A stretch of 57,867 nt of DNA from a virus. Shown here one piece after another: positions 9,431-19,077 of this stretch. Position 1 is the stretch's first letter. The number at the start of each line of letters is the position of its first letter. A program made the translations under genes and the position numbers. A model generated the notes under the pieces. That model ran no database searches. It was given only the letters and a program-made list of their open reading frames with translations, and was not told the origin of the DNA. The stretch spans positions 1-57,867 of IMG/VR virus record IMGVR_UViG_3300028534_000013; one strand, given 5' to 3'.

Positions 9431-9514
9431 TTAAAGAAGCCTGTCGGCTATAATCCAACCGGTTACGAATCCGGCAAGAACCAAAAGTAAATCTACGGTT
9501 ACAGAGCAGTCCAT
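9431..9514 (-). CDS. 27-aa membrane peptide
   Basis: Below track cutoff; MDCSVTVDLLLVLAGFVTGWIIADRLL, TAATG-coupled, AAGGA RBS. Confidence 0.55.
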   Translation of the reverse strand: MDCSVTVDLLLVLAGFVTGWIIADRLL

Positions 9515-10176
9515 TATTTTTCCTTTTTGAGATTTATGCATTCAATTGCCTCAGGAAGGTCTATATATTTGTTACCGTCACAGCCCCACCATGCACCTTC
9601 TTCTATAATATACTCTTTAACGGCTTCATCTTCGGTTCTTGATTCATAGTCATCCCTTAATTGTTCATATGCCCAGTCAGCCAGCTGTTGAGCTATGTTA
9701 CAAACAAACTCCGCTTCACTCTCGCACTCTTCATAGCTTTTACCGCACTCGTCTTTACATTCCCAATCTCTTACAATCATCGTTCCGGAATGATAGTAAT
9801 GTGAACTCTCTCTTCCGATTTCAACATACTCCAGACAATCGTCAACTTCTTTAACAGATTCGGCTAGTCTGTGAAGTTCTTTATCTTTAGGCGCATACGC
9901 TTTCATTTCTTCCACCGGGTCTTTGTCAGGCTTAGACCAGCTTCCGGTAAAACACGCTCCGTCTCCCTGAGAATAAAATCCGGTATAATTAAAATCATCA
10001 ACACTAAACCCGAGTATTCCGGCCACAGTTTCAAAATCACATGTAAACCAGTCTGCATCCCACCACTCTTCAAGTCTTTCACGCTCTTCATCTACTATTC
10101 TCTCGCCCAGAGGAAAATCAAAATCCTCAGGTTTTTCGAATTGAAACAATTGAGTTTTTATAGTTTCTACTTTCAT
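9514..10176 (-). CDS. Acidic conserved phage/ICE protein (GFxSQGDGA family, often labelled 'antitoxin of TA stability system')
   Basis: YTGFYSQGDGACFTG and HYYHSGTM motifs. Confidence 0.65.
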   Translation of the reverse strand: MKVETIKTQLFQFEKPEDFDFPLGERIVDEERERLEEWWDADWFTCDFETVAGILGFSVDDFNYTGFYSQGDGACFTGSWSKPDKDPVEEMKAYAPKDKELHRLAESVKEVDDCLEYVEIGRESSHYYHSGTMIVRDWECKDECGKSYEECESEAEFVCNIAQQLADWAYEQLRDDYESRTEDEAVKEYIIEEGAWWGCDGNKYIDLPEAIECINLKKEK

Positions 10177-10186
10177 GTTGCCTCCT

Positions 10187-10840
10187 TTATTCTATAATTA
10201 ATCCACCTATTTCAAATAGGCTGTATTCAGGCAGGTCTAAAACTTTTTCAATAGCTCTTTTATCTTCGTCGTCCAGATAATATGTGTAGATAATAAGCTC
10301 TTCCGCTTCACAGCTCTTATCATACTCAACATCTTCGACGACACGTTCAATCTGTTCCAAAATATCGCTTTGAGTTTCTTCCTTGAACTCTATTCTCAAA
10401 TATGTTTCTGGGATAGGTATTATTTTGTCTTTCATTTTCTTGCAAACCGGAGCGTGTGCGTGTCCGAACATGCTTTTAAGCCAGTTGATTCTGTTGGAAC
10501 ACATATAGTTACCTTTAATGGTTCCGAGTGTTTCGCCGCACAGAGTGCATTTAACCACAATGTTGTCCATTTTGTAATAATTTAACACCTTTTGTTCAAG
10601 CGGGTCGTCGCACTGCTCAAGTTGACTTATTTCTCCTATTTTATCAACCATATAAACACATTTTTTTGTAATAAAAAATCTTAAGTCTGCAGGACCGTAA
10701 TCTTCTCCAAACCAGGCGTCAACGAAACTGTTATCGTCCAGCTGTTTTTGAATTTCATCAATATATTCATTAAACTCTCCAACTTCTATATCTATTTTAA
10801 CATTTGCATCACCGATTACTTTATATCTGTCTAATACCAT
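10187..10840 (-). CDS. Hypothetical protein with possible Zn site
   Basis: CTLC...HAPVC; AAGGAG RBS. Confidence 0.7.
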   Translation of the reverse strand: MVLDRYKVIGDANVKIDIEVGEFNEYIDEIQKQLDDNSFVDAWFGEDYGPADLRFFITKKCVYMVDKIGEISQLEQCDDPLEQKVLNYYKMDNIVVKCTLCGETLGTIKGNYMCSNRINWLKSMFGHAHAPVCKKMKDKIIPIPETYLRIEFKEETQSDILEQIERVVEDVEYDKSCEAEELIIYTYYLDDEDKRAIEKVLDLPEYSLFEIGGLIIE

Positions 10841-10894
10841 TTTTTCTCCTTATATAATAATGTATATACAAAATCCTTTTAAATATAAGAGGGA

Positions 10895-11824
10895 TTACCC
10901 CTCTCCGTTAAAGTAAAGTTGAGCCACACAGTCAGGACAGATATCAACTCCATCGTTTGCTAGTTCGGCGACATATTCTCTTAATTCATCAATTTCGAAT
11001 TCTTCACATTCCTTAAACGCTCTTCTTTCATGAATTTTTTCTTTGCCGCATAAAGATGTTAAATTGCTTAAATCGAAAATATGCTTACGCCCGTTTACAG
11101 TATCTATAATGTATTTTTTATATTCAACTTCGAACGGGTTATCTTTCTTTATTCCGTTAATTATCTCAGCCAGTTCAGAGTAAAAAATCTTAGGTCTGCT
11201 GTAAAATCCGTATCTGGATAAATATTTAGCTAATTCTCCTGGCATATTGGGTTCAATTTTTGCAACATCTTTTTCCGTAAGGTTATTTATCTGGACAATT
11301 CCACTCACCCCTGTTACAATGTTTTCACGCATTTTTTTAACCCATTCAAGCCCCATAAGTTTAGTTAACCACTCTAATACCGCAAGAACAGCATTTCTGT
11401 CGTCTTCATATTCTTTTCTGAAAAAGAACAATGCGGAATGGGTAGGCTCCATAACAGCTTTTGCAAGCACCGCTTTTTCTGATAATCCGTAAATCAAACT
11501 ATCCAACATAATAAACCCGTCAGGAAGTTTTTCGTGAGCCAACGCAAATCCATAATTTGACGGACTGAATATCACCTCGAAATCTTCTTCAAGTTCAGCT
11601 GCATTCTCACCGGCAATGGACACATACAGTTTCATGTATACTTTATCTCCGGTGTATATTTCTTCGCCGTTTTTATCTACGTCAACTTTTACCCCTACAC
11701 TTCCGGGCTCAACAGGTATAACCTCGCTGTTTTCGGTAACTATTACATCTTTGCCTTCAAATTTGGCATAATGCCCGTAAACTTTTTCTTTAGTTGCTTC
11801 GTTTATTCCTCTGTATTTAAACAT
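10895..11824 (-). CDS. YopX-domain protein with C-terminal extension
   Basis: KYRG..VYG..VEPGSVG..DKNGEEIYTGDKV; C-terminal H..C..CPDC. Confidence 0.7.
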   Translation of the reverse strand: MFKYRGINEATKEKVYGHYAKFEGKDVIVTENSEVIPVEPGSVGVKVDVDKNGEEIYTGDKVYMKLYVSIAGENAAELEEDFEVIFSPSNYGFALAHEKLPDGFIMLDSLIYGLSEKAVLAKAVMEPTHSALFFFRKEYEDDRNAVLAVLEWLTKLMGLEWVKKMRENIVTGVSGIVQINNLTEKDVAKIEPNMPGELAKYLSRYGFYSRPKIFYSELAEIINGIKKDNPFEVEYKKYIIDTVNGRKHIFDLSNLTSLCGKEKIHERRAFKECEEFEIDELREYVAELANDGVDICPDCVAQLYFNGEG

Positions 11825-11826
11825 TT

Positions 11827-12120
11827 TTACTCCTTTGCTTGTTTTGTTTCAGTGTTTTTCCATCTCATATTCTCAATTATTCTAATATGAACAAACCCGT
11901 GAATATCTGTACCAAAATACACAGCATCGTCAGTTACCATAACTGCACCATTTGGAACTTTTTTACACACATAACAAATATCATAATCATAAGACATTGA
12001 AGCAACATCTTTAACAAACTCGGCAAGTATAGCCAAATGTTCTGAGTTATATACTTTATCGCTATACACCACCGTATACCATTCTTTGTCTTTAGGATGC
12101 TGCACTCTTATTCTGTTCAT
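11827..12120 (-). CDS. Hypothetical protein
   Basis: RBS, tiling. Confidence 0.7.
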   Translation of the reverse strand: MNRIRVQHPKDKEWYTVVYSDKVYNSEHLAILAEFVKDVASMSYDYDICYVCKKVPNGAVMVTDDAVYFGTDIHGFVHIRIIENMRWKNTETKQAKE

Positions 12121-12662
12121 ACAATTCCTTTCTCTTTGTAATATTCTTTTACTTTTTCAACATATTCATCAAACTCAAGAAAACAGTTTTCTCTCCTCAT
12201 GCTTTCGTATGCGGATTCGACAATATTTCTGATTTTTGGGTCGTGTTTTAAAAGTTCAAACGCTTTTTTCAAATCCCTAATAGAAGCATTTTTAACAACT
12301 TCTTCATCTACCTCTTCATAATCAGCATCTTCAACAACAGCAAAAAACGCTTTAAGTATGGTTTCAGGGGTAGGGTTTTTGCAGTCGTTTTTCTTACAAA
12401 ACTCTTCAAGATTATCATAGACTTCGAATTCTGTTATATCTCCGTCATACATCTCCGATGAGTCAACATCTCTGATATATTCATCAACTTCAGATATTTT
12501 GCATTTATCCAACAAATCACCGCCTCCGTTTACAAATATATCGTATCTTCCGTTAATTATCTCTTCTTTTAATCTTTCAGTATCTACACCATCTGGAACT
12601 TCAACCTCAAACACTACTGTTTTATACACTGCTATCGGAGTTTCAACCTTTAATTTCTTCAT
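12117..12662 (-). CDS. Acidic hypothetical protein
   Basis: AAGGAG RBS. Confidence 0.7.
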   Translation of the reverse strand: MKKLKVETPIAVYKTVVFEVEVPDGVDTERLKEEIINGRYDIFVNGGGDLLDKCKISEVDEYIRDVDSSEMYDGDITEFEVYDNLEEFCKKNDCKNPTPETILKAFFAVVEDADYEEVDEEVVKNASIRDLKKAFELLKHDPKIRNIVESAYESMRRENCFLEFDEYVEKVKEYYKEKGIV

Positions 12663-12879
12663 CGTTTCTCCTTATTCTTTTTTTCTTTATTGTTTCCCAA
12701 CTGTAATAAAAACCGCCTATCATATCGGCCATTTCTTTAAACTCCTGGGTGCACAGATATTTTTCCAACCATATCACATGTCCGTCGTCCATTACGGTAG
12801 GCAGGATGGCGAATTTTTTAACCACCCTCTGTTGACCGAGATATGTTTTTTGCTTTGGTCTTACTTTGAAAAGCAGCAT
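12643..12879 (-). CDS. Hypothetical phage protein
   Basis: KFAILP...IWLEKY pattern. Confidence 0.65.
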   Translation of the reverse strand: MLLFKVRPKQKTYLGQQRVVKKFAILPTVMDDGHVIWLEKYLCTQEFKEMADMIGGFYYSWETIKKKRIRRNDEEIKG

Positions 12880-12880
12880 T

Positions 12881-13249
12881 TTATTTCCTGATTTTTTTGT
12901 CTACAACCTCTTTAGGCATACAGTAATATCTTAAAAATCTGTCACTGTTTTTCAATTTGAACATCATTACAATATTTCCGGAAGAAAGCTCTTTTGCGAT
13001 GATTATGTTTCCTTTTTCGCTTTTATAATAGCCAAGGCCGCTCTGTTCATCGTACTTTTGGAATACTTCCTCAGAATCATAAAAAGTATCCCCGTCTTTA
13101 CCGATAATATCTATTTCCATTTCTTTTTTCGTAAACGTCTTAATAGTTTTTAACGTTACCGCATCAACTATAGCTGTAGTAGCACAATAATATCTTTGCG
13201 CCATTAATCCGCTTACTAAAACAAACATTGCAATTACTAATTTTTTCAT
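12881..13249 (-). CDS. Secreted/periplasmic protein
   Basis: Signal peptide MKKLVIAMFVLVSGLMA; two Cys. Confidence 0.7.
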   Translation of the reverse strand: MKKLVIAMFVLVSGLMAQRYYCATTAIVDAVTLKTIKTFTKKEMEIDIIGKDGDTFYDSEEVFQKYDEQSGLGYYKSEKGNIIIAKELSSGNIVMMFKLKNSDRFLRYYCMPKEVVDKKIRK

Positions 13250-13461
13250 TTCTCGTCCTTTTTAATTTTTTTGTTTATAGCATCTAAGTCAATCTCAACA
13301 TGTTTTAGAACCATATCTTCACCGTAATCATCGATAGGAGTCCCGTTTTCTGCAACCCATTGAGGGGTTACATACGCATCCTCGTCTGCATTCTCACTGG
13401 TAAAAACCAGTTTTACCTCTTCCCCGTTGCTCACATATTTAGACATTTCGCTTCCTTTCAA
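13246..13461 (-). CDS. Hypothetical protein
   Basis: NGTPIDDYGEDM motif; tiling. Confidence 0.65.
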   Translation of the reverse strand: MKGSEMSKYVSNGEEVKLVFTSENADEDAYVTPQWVAENGTPIDDYGEDMVLKHVEIDLDAINKKIKKDEK

Positions 13462-14345
13462 AACTCACGATTTAAGTACTGTTCCGCATCATCAAGCAAA
13501 TCCACATATTCGCTTCCGAAATTTTCTTCGATACAGCCCATATCGATAATTATTTTATTTTGTTCTACAACCTTGAATATGGCATACACATCATGCTCTA
13601 CACCCTTTTCGTTATCAATTATTTTACCTGTTACGTTCCAATCCTGGGTCACTTCACCGTCGTCATCGGTATTGGAACACAACAATTCAACGTTTTCTCC
13701 GATAAACCTGATTTTAGGTCTAACCCAAAGGCTAAACTCTACACACCAAGGACCCATTGCCTCTATCTTGAACACAAACTCTTCGGTTTCGTCGACTTTT
13801 TCTTCAGCTATTTCTGCCGGTGATTTGTTTTTACAGTAGTCATACCACCCGGAGCTGCTTTCTTCCACTTTCACAAAACCATATTCTTCAAGGTCCAGCC
13901 AATCAGACGCCGCATTTTCAGGATTGTTTAGAAGTACGTCATTAATATAGTCTTCTTCGTTTCCTCTTATAGAATACACAGCCCCGCCTTTTATATAATA
14001 TGACGGAGTCCATCCATAATTATCGGCAACACACCTGAAAGCCAACCCCTCTTCGCTTTGCAGCCATTCGTCGCTCCATTCAATTTCATATCCGTCATCC
14101 ATTATTTTGTCTTGAATATCAATATCAACATAGTTCCAATTTGCAAACAATATTTCTTTTTTAGGGTCTTCGTATCCAGGCTCTCCGTAATTCTCACACC
14201 ACCATTCAATAAGTCCTATTTCTTTTAGAACGTACACTATATCATCAACCGACAGTTTTTTTACGTCATCTTCTGTAATTGTTTCATTTTGGTCATATTT
14301 TTCCTGTAATTTTTCCACCAACTGTTCAAATTGTTTTTCATCCAT
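13458..14345 (-). CDS. Acidic, Trp-rich phage protein
   Basis: YGEPGY..ANWN..EWSDEW..DNYGW pattern. Confidence 0.7.
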   Translation of the reverse strand: MDEKQFEQLVEKLQEKYDQNETITEDDVKKLSVDDIVYVLKEIGLIEWWCENYGEPGYEDPKKEILFANWNYVDIDIQDKIMDDGYEIEWSDEWLQSEEGLAFRCVADNYGWTPSYYIKGGAVYSIRGNEEDYINDVLLNNPENAASDWLDLEEYGFVKVEESSSGWYDYCKNKSPAEIAEEKVDETEEFVFKIEAMGPWCVEFSLWVRPKIRFIGENVELLCSNTDDDGEVTQDWNVTGKIIDNEKGVEHDVYAIFKVVEQNKIIIDMGCIEENFGSEYVDLLDDAEQYLNREF

Positions 14346-14357
14346 ATTGTTTCCTTT

Positions 14358-14615
14358 TTAAAAAAATTCAAGATAATCCGGCATAGATACTGTTGTTTCA
14401 TATGCCTCATTGTCTGTAATAATAGAATGTTTATTTAAAAAACTCACAACTTCAAAATCATTGTCAACGCAGCTCAAATCAACCATTATAGATTCTTCCT
14501 CTTGCGCTCCTTTGTGTTCAATACACAAATCGGGAAACTCTTTTTTTAAAAGATTCTCCACTTCTCTAACCGAATTTTCTCCGACGCTGAATGCGCACAC
14601 TGTATACCTATGCAT
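14358..14615 (-). CDS. Hypothetical protein
   Basis: GGAG RBS, tiling. Confidence 0.65.
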   Translation of the reverse strand: MHRYTVCAFSVGENSVREVENLLKKEFPDLCIEHKGAQEEESIMVDLSCVDNDFEVVSFLNKHSIITDNEAYETTVSMPDYLEFF

Positions 14616-15201
14616 TTAGCTCCCTCCATTTCTCTTCTATCTGAGTAATGCTCACATTACCCTGTTCTTTTACTTTTTCACGGCAAAACAACGTAAGCTC
14701 TTTAAGTTTATCGCTCATATAATAAATGTTAGAAGCCGTAAACGGACTTACCCCGTCAAATACGTAATATGCAAGCTCTAGGCTCTCAGAAAAATCCATA
14801 CCGCAACCAGTTAAGGACAACACACATGTTTCAAGGTCTAAAACATTATTAACCGTAACTGACGGAATTTCCAATTCAAGAAACAGAGGCATCTCGTATG
14901 TACAATCTTTATTTTGAAGCACATGGTGCACATTGTACATAGGGTAGCGTCTGGAGTCCATGTAATCTCCCCAGTAATCGCTTTCCATGAAACTGTCAAG
15001 CACATCTGATAAATCGCCGTTTTCCTCTGCTTCAACTATAAAAGCGTCTACATCATCTACATCATAGAAAAACTTCACATACTCTTTAAACTCTAGCAGC
15101 TCAACGAGCCTTTCATTTTCGTTTTCAAGAAACTCAATCTCAACATTTGTGTTGCTAAGATTGTCCAACATTTCGTGGTCTAAGTATATACTGTAACTCA
15201 T
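14608..15201 (-). CDS. Acidic phage protein
   Basis: LSLTGCGMDFS..LAY motif. Confidence 0.7.
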   Translation of the reverse strand: MSYSIYLDHEMLDNLSNTNVEIEFLENENERLVELLEFKEYVKFFYDVDDVDAFIVEAEENGDLSDVLDSFMESDYWGDYMDSRRYPMYNVHHVLQNKDCTYEMPLFLELEIPSVTVNNVLDLETCVLSLTGCGMDFSESLELAYYVFDGVSPFTASNIYYMSDKLKELTLFCREKVKEQGNVSITQIEEKWRELNA

Positions 15202-15581
15202 TTCGCCTCTCCTTCCATATGCTCAAGCATTTCGGATAAAACCGTCATTATTCCAGTTATCACCGTCACCGGCGCCAACAGGTTTGAGTTAAGTATCGCA
15301 AAAAGCTCTCCATCGTTGGATAACACAATCAGCATTCTTGAAATAGGGTCTTCTCCTGATATATCGCCCGCTCCCATTTCAGCTACAATTGTTTTAGTGT
15401 CAACAGCCTCTTTTTTAAATGTCTCAAAATCAAACAAATCTTTATCAAGATACCAAACTTCAGAATCTACTATGTCTACATCGTTAAGTTTAATAACCAC
15501 CAGGTCGTCACCCGGTTTCCAATTGTTGAAACACTCATCAAAACAAACTGATTTCATATTTTTTACTTTTTCTAATTCCAT
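15198..15581 (-). CDS. Hypothetical protein
   Basis: AAGGAG RBS. Confidence 0.7.
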   Translation of the reverse strand: MELEKVKNMKSVCFDECFNNWKPGDDLVVIKLNDVDIVDSEVWYLDKDLFDFETFKKEAVDTKTIVAEMGAGDISGEDPISRMLIVLSNDGELFAILNSNLLAPVTVITGIMTVLSEMLEHMEGEAK

Positions 15582-15596
15582 TACATCTCCTTTTAT

Positions 15597-15633
15597 TTTT
15601 AATGTAAAAAGGGTTTCCCCTTTTATATATAAC
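15597..15633 (-). promoter_or_regulatory. GTTATATAT box followed by hairpin AAAAGGG-AAA-CCCTTTT
   Basis: Intergenic hairpin, terminator or operator. Confidence 0.4.
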
Positions 15634-15651
15634 TTTATTTTTTTGTAATTC

Positions 15652-16152
15652 CTACAGTCTGGACAAATCTACATTATGTACAGCTTTGTCAAATATTAAT
15701 TCCGGAAGCGTTGATGTGTTATATGTTCCTTTTGTAACCGCATCTACAACAGATGTGTCTTCTTCATATATCTCATCAAGCACGTCACCTCCCTCTTTAT
15801 TTGAAATAAGCCATTGTGTTGTGGTTTTTTCAACTTCAACCTTTTCAAACACAACCCCTTCTTTTTCCAACCTGTTCATTTTTCCAACCAACGCCATCGT
15901 TCTGGCCTCAACCACCAACTCAATAAACTTATCTACACTTATTGCCCTGTAAAGAAAAAACTCTTTTAGTGCCTGGTACATCACATCCTGTGCGGTATCA
16001 TACCAGCCTGTAAGCTCTCCAGCTAAATCCCAATATCCGTTAGCTCCTTTTTCATCGGAATCGTTTGTTAGTTCTTTGTTCTTATAACGCTTATTTATAC
16101 CAAGAATTGTTTCATATAAATTTGCGAAATTAGACATATCGTATACGTTCAC
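15652..16152 (-). CDS. Hypothetical protein
   Basis: AAGGAG RBS, GTG start. Confidence 0.7.
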   Translation of the reverse strand: MNVYDMSNFANLYETILGINKRYKNKELTNDSDEKGANGYWDLAGELTGWYDTAQDVMYQALKEFFLYRAISVDKFIELVVEARTMALVGKMNRLEKEGVVFEKVEVEKTTTQWLISNKEGGDVLDEIYEEDTSVVDAVTKGTYNTSTLPELIFDKAVHNVDLSRL

Positions 16153-16421
16153 ATTGTCTCCTTTAAATAATTTAATTTCTTTGTTAAATCAGCCTTATCT
16201 CTATTTCCGTTTTCCATGCAATTAATATTTTCTTCAATAACGCTCATTAACACAGACAACTCATATTCACACATATCTACAGTTTCTGCCGCAAACTCAT
16301 CAAATGAAAGATAAATTACGCTATCTGCAGCAACATGCCTAGCTAAATCTTCATCCCAATACTCTTCATTGTCGTATCTCTCCAAAATATCTTCCCTTAA
16401 GGCTTCCCTTATGATAGACAT
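16149..16421 (-). CDS. Small acidic hypothetical protein
   Basis: AAGGAG RBS. Confidence 0.7.
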   Translation of the reverse strand: MSIIREALREDILERYDNEEYWDEDLARHVAADSVIYLSFDEFAAETVDMCEYELSVLMSVIEENINCMENGNRDKADLTKKLNYLKETM

Positions 16422-16430
16422 TCGTTCTCC

Positions 16431-16733
16431 TTATGCTGTTTTATTTTTTGACCACTCGGGCCATAATCTCTCTCTGAAGTTTACAGGTAATTTGTATCTT
16501 ACAATCACCTCATCATATCCGTATCTTTCTTTTATATGCTCTTTTGCCTTTTCTATTTCTGCGATAGTTGCCTTTTTTGTATGTTTTGTATAATATTCTA
16601 AACTCATCTCATCAAGAGGACCGTTTATAGTTACATACGGTAAATACCCTACATTTGATTCAGAATCCAATAACACAATCAGCGTATCTTTGGAAATCTT
16701 GTCAGTTCTAATTATTATTTCCGTCAAGTTCAT
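16431..16733 (-). CDS. Hypothetical protein
   Basis: Tiling. Confidence 0.7.
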   Translation of the reverse strand: MNLTEIIIRTDKISKDTLIVLLDSESNVGYLPYVTINGPLDEMSLEYYTKHTKKATIAEIEKAKEHIKERYGYDEVIVRYKLPVNFRERLWPEWSKNKTA

Positions 16734-18108
16734 CTTCAGCCTTTCTTCTAGAAATTGCCGCTTTTATTGCGTTTAGAACATATCTTTTTTCATTTGGATG
16801 CGCCATTTCATACAGCTCTTTACCGTTTATACATTTTACTTTTTGAATGTTTATTCCGTGTCTTTCAATAAAAGTCATAGTTCCAGGTTTACAGTTACCG
16901 CCTTTTAACGAGTCTTCAAACGTTACGCAAACGTTTTCAGCTTCACGCAATATTTCCTCAATCTCCAGCCTATTCAAATACCTGGAATACAATCTGTTGT
17001 GTATTGCTTTAAGTCTTTCCAAGGCAGCTCTCTTAATACTTACATCAAAAGACATAAAATGTTCTTCGTATACATCCAGTAAAAACATAAGCCAACTGAC
17101 GTGATATTCTTCTCCGTACTTCACAAACGCTTCAGTTTCAACAGAAGTTCCTGGAATTGGAGTTTTCTTAATTTCCATTCCAAATTTTTTAATCATTTTT
17201 TCAAAACCAGGGAGTTCTTTTTTTCCGCCAAATCCTTCTACAAAGAAATCATCACCCTCCCTTTTTACAACCTTATATTTAACCAGCTCTTTTATTTCGG
17301 AAAGTGGTAAGTCATATATCTTTCCATCTTCTGTAAGATTATAAGACACCTCATTAATCATTTCCCATTCAATACCCAGCTCTTCAATGGCCTCAGGTGA
17401 ATAATCATCTTTAATCTCATTCCATATGAAATCAGGAATCGAAGCAACCTCTAAACTTTTTTTCCAGTTTGCGATTATTTCTACAATTTTTTCACTCTCA
17501 CCTTCCGGAACCTGATATATTCCGTATCCTTCATACGCTTCCCACTCTAAATCCCCGTCATCATCGTAGAACACATACTCAAAAAACACGTCATCGTATT
17601 TTGGAACCGTATACCATCTTTTACCTTTATACGTATAACAGTCCGTATGTTCTGCGACACCATTTATCTCTTCACACATCATATCAAAACCGCCTGCATT
17701 CCAAAAATAATCCAATTGAGATTCTGAAATATCCCATGCATATGTTTCTATGCTGCCTATCTCCCAATCGGTATCAAGAACACTGTTAGAATCTGTCGCT
17801 ATAATATAGCCTTCTGGTCTGTGGTTTTCTATAAAATTGATGTTGTCCTCGTATTCATCAGCCAATTGCTCATATCCGTACATTCTTTCATAAAGGTCTT
17901 TTTGAATTGAAAACATTTCTTCTCTGTCTTCCGGGTCAAGTCCTTTAATGTTGATGTCATATTTTTTATAACTGTATCCGAACGTTATCCTTTTAGCTTC
18001 ATCAGACACAGCAAACGCTCTACTGTTAATCCATTCAACATGCCAGTAACTGCTTTCATTCTCCGCAAATTTTTCTATTAATTTATATATTTTTTCGATT
18101 TTGCTCAT
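16708..18108 (-). CDS. Large acidic hypothetical protein
   Basis: 466 aa; C-terminal DSLKGGNCKPG motif. Confidence 0.75.
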   Translation of the reverse strand: MSKIEKIYKLIEKFAENESSYWHVEWINSRAFAVSDEAKRITFGYSYKKYDINIKGLDPEDREEMFSIQKDLYERMYGYEQLADEYEDNINFIENHRPEGYIIATDSNSVLDTDWEIGSIETYAWDISESQLDYFWNAGGFDMMCEEINGVAEHTDCYTYKGKRWYTVPKYDDVFFEYVFYDDDGDLEWEAYEGYGIYQVPEGESEKIVEIIANWKKSLEVASIPDFIWNEIKDDYSPEAIEELGIEWEMINEVSYNLTEDGKIYDLPLSEIKELVKYKVVKREGDDFFVEGFGGKKELPGFEKMIKKFGMEIKKTPIPGTSVETEAFVKYGEEYHVSWLMFLLDVYEEHFMSFDVSIKRAALERLKAIHNRLYSRYLNRLEIEEILREAENVCVTFEDSLKGGNCKPGTMTFIERHGINIQKVKCINGKELYEMAHPNEKRYVLNAIKAAISRRKAEDELDGNNN

Positions 18109-18559
18109 ACTGTCTCCTTAATTTATTGATTACCTCTTCAGCTTTTTCTTTAATTAAACCTTCTTTGAAACTTGTCTGCACAAATCTTTCTTCAGGTATA
18201 ACAGAACACGCTTCACCGCATATATCAAAGTCTTCATCATCTATTACTACAAACGCAATATTGTTTATATCTGCGTTCTCTTCAATCCATTGCATAATCT
18301 GTTCCCCTCTCCATCTCTTTTGTCTTGGAGTTACACCTACAACTTTGCCAATATGTTTAAAGTCAACCGTCTTGAGCAGCTCTATAGCTTCTTCACACCA
18401 GGATGAAGATATAACTATATCTGCATCGGTTTTATCTATAATATATTCAAGATTTTTAGTGAGGTCTTCTTCGATGTATTTCCAATTAGCGAGAGATGAA
18501 GAGGGGGTTCCGTAAGTATTCAGGACGCCGTCAACGTCCAGAAATATTACCCTCCTCAT
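18083..18559 (-). CDS. HAD-family phosphatase (HAD_SAK_2-like)
   Basis: IFLDVDGVLN, IVISSSW, RGEQI..W, FVVIDD; start at 18559. Confidence 0.85.
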   Translation of the reverse strand: MRRVIFLDVDGVLNTYGTPSSSLANWKYIEEDLTKNLEYIIDKTDADIVISSSWCEEAIELLKTVDFKHIGKVVGVTPRQKRWRGEQIMQWIEENADINNIAFVVIDDEDFDICGEACSVIPEERFVQTSFKEGLIKEKAEEVINKLRRQYEQNRKNI

Positions 18560-18776
18560 TGTAGTTCCTTTCTTTTTTAAGAAGTTTTTTTCTTTCGTCT
18601 TCAATCAAAAAATCAAGATACGTTCGGGCTTTCAACAGGTCTTCAAGCCCGTTTTTACTTTTCCATCTACAAACATACTTAATTACGTTACCTTCGCAAA
18701 ACGGTATATTGTTTGCTAGTATAAATTCCACCGGTGTTATTTTCATATCATAATGCTTGGGAGTTACTTTATCCAT
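18531..18776 (-). CDS. DUF3310 protein (T7 gp1.7-like nucleotide kinase family)
   Basis: VTPKHY..FCEGNVIKYVCRWKSKNGLEDLLKARTYL. Confidence 0.85.
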   Translation of the reverse strand: MDKVTPKHYDMKITPVEFILANNIPFCEGNVIKYVCRWKSKNGLEDLLKARTYLDFLIEDERKKLLKKERNYNEEGNISGR

Positions 18777-19077
18777 TAAAGCCTCCTTGCAACACCTGAA
18801 TATGAATGTTGTTACCGGCAAGAGAGCCTTTATCTCTTGGCTTAAAAGTAAAAGGCTCATCAAACCCCATAAACAACTCATTGTAATAACTTGCTACTGT
18901 GACATTGATTCCTTTTTTCTCAATATGTCCCGCTGTTAAATCGCATATGCCACGAACAATTTCATCGCCAGTTTTTTCGTCATCGCAAAACACTTTGATA
19001 AATAATTCAAATTTCTTTGTTTCAGGATTTATAAAGCTGACAGGAATTTGATATTCTTGATACGCTTTAATTATCAT
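18769..19077 (-). CDS. Hypothetical protein
   Basis: GGAGG RBS, start 19077. Confidence 0.65.
   Translation of the reverse strand: MIIKAYQEYQIPVSFINPETKKFELFIKVFCDDEKTGDEIVRGICDLTAGHIEKKGINVTVASYYNELFMGFDEPFTFKPRDKGSLAGNNIHIQVLQGGFNG

Noticed and set aside
9514-10176. Real toxin-antitoxin module
   Set aside because: The family label is an unvalidated annotation and no recognisable toxin is adjacent
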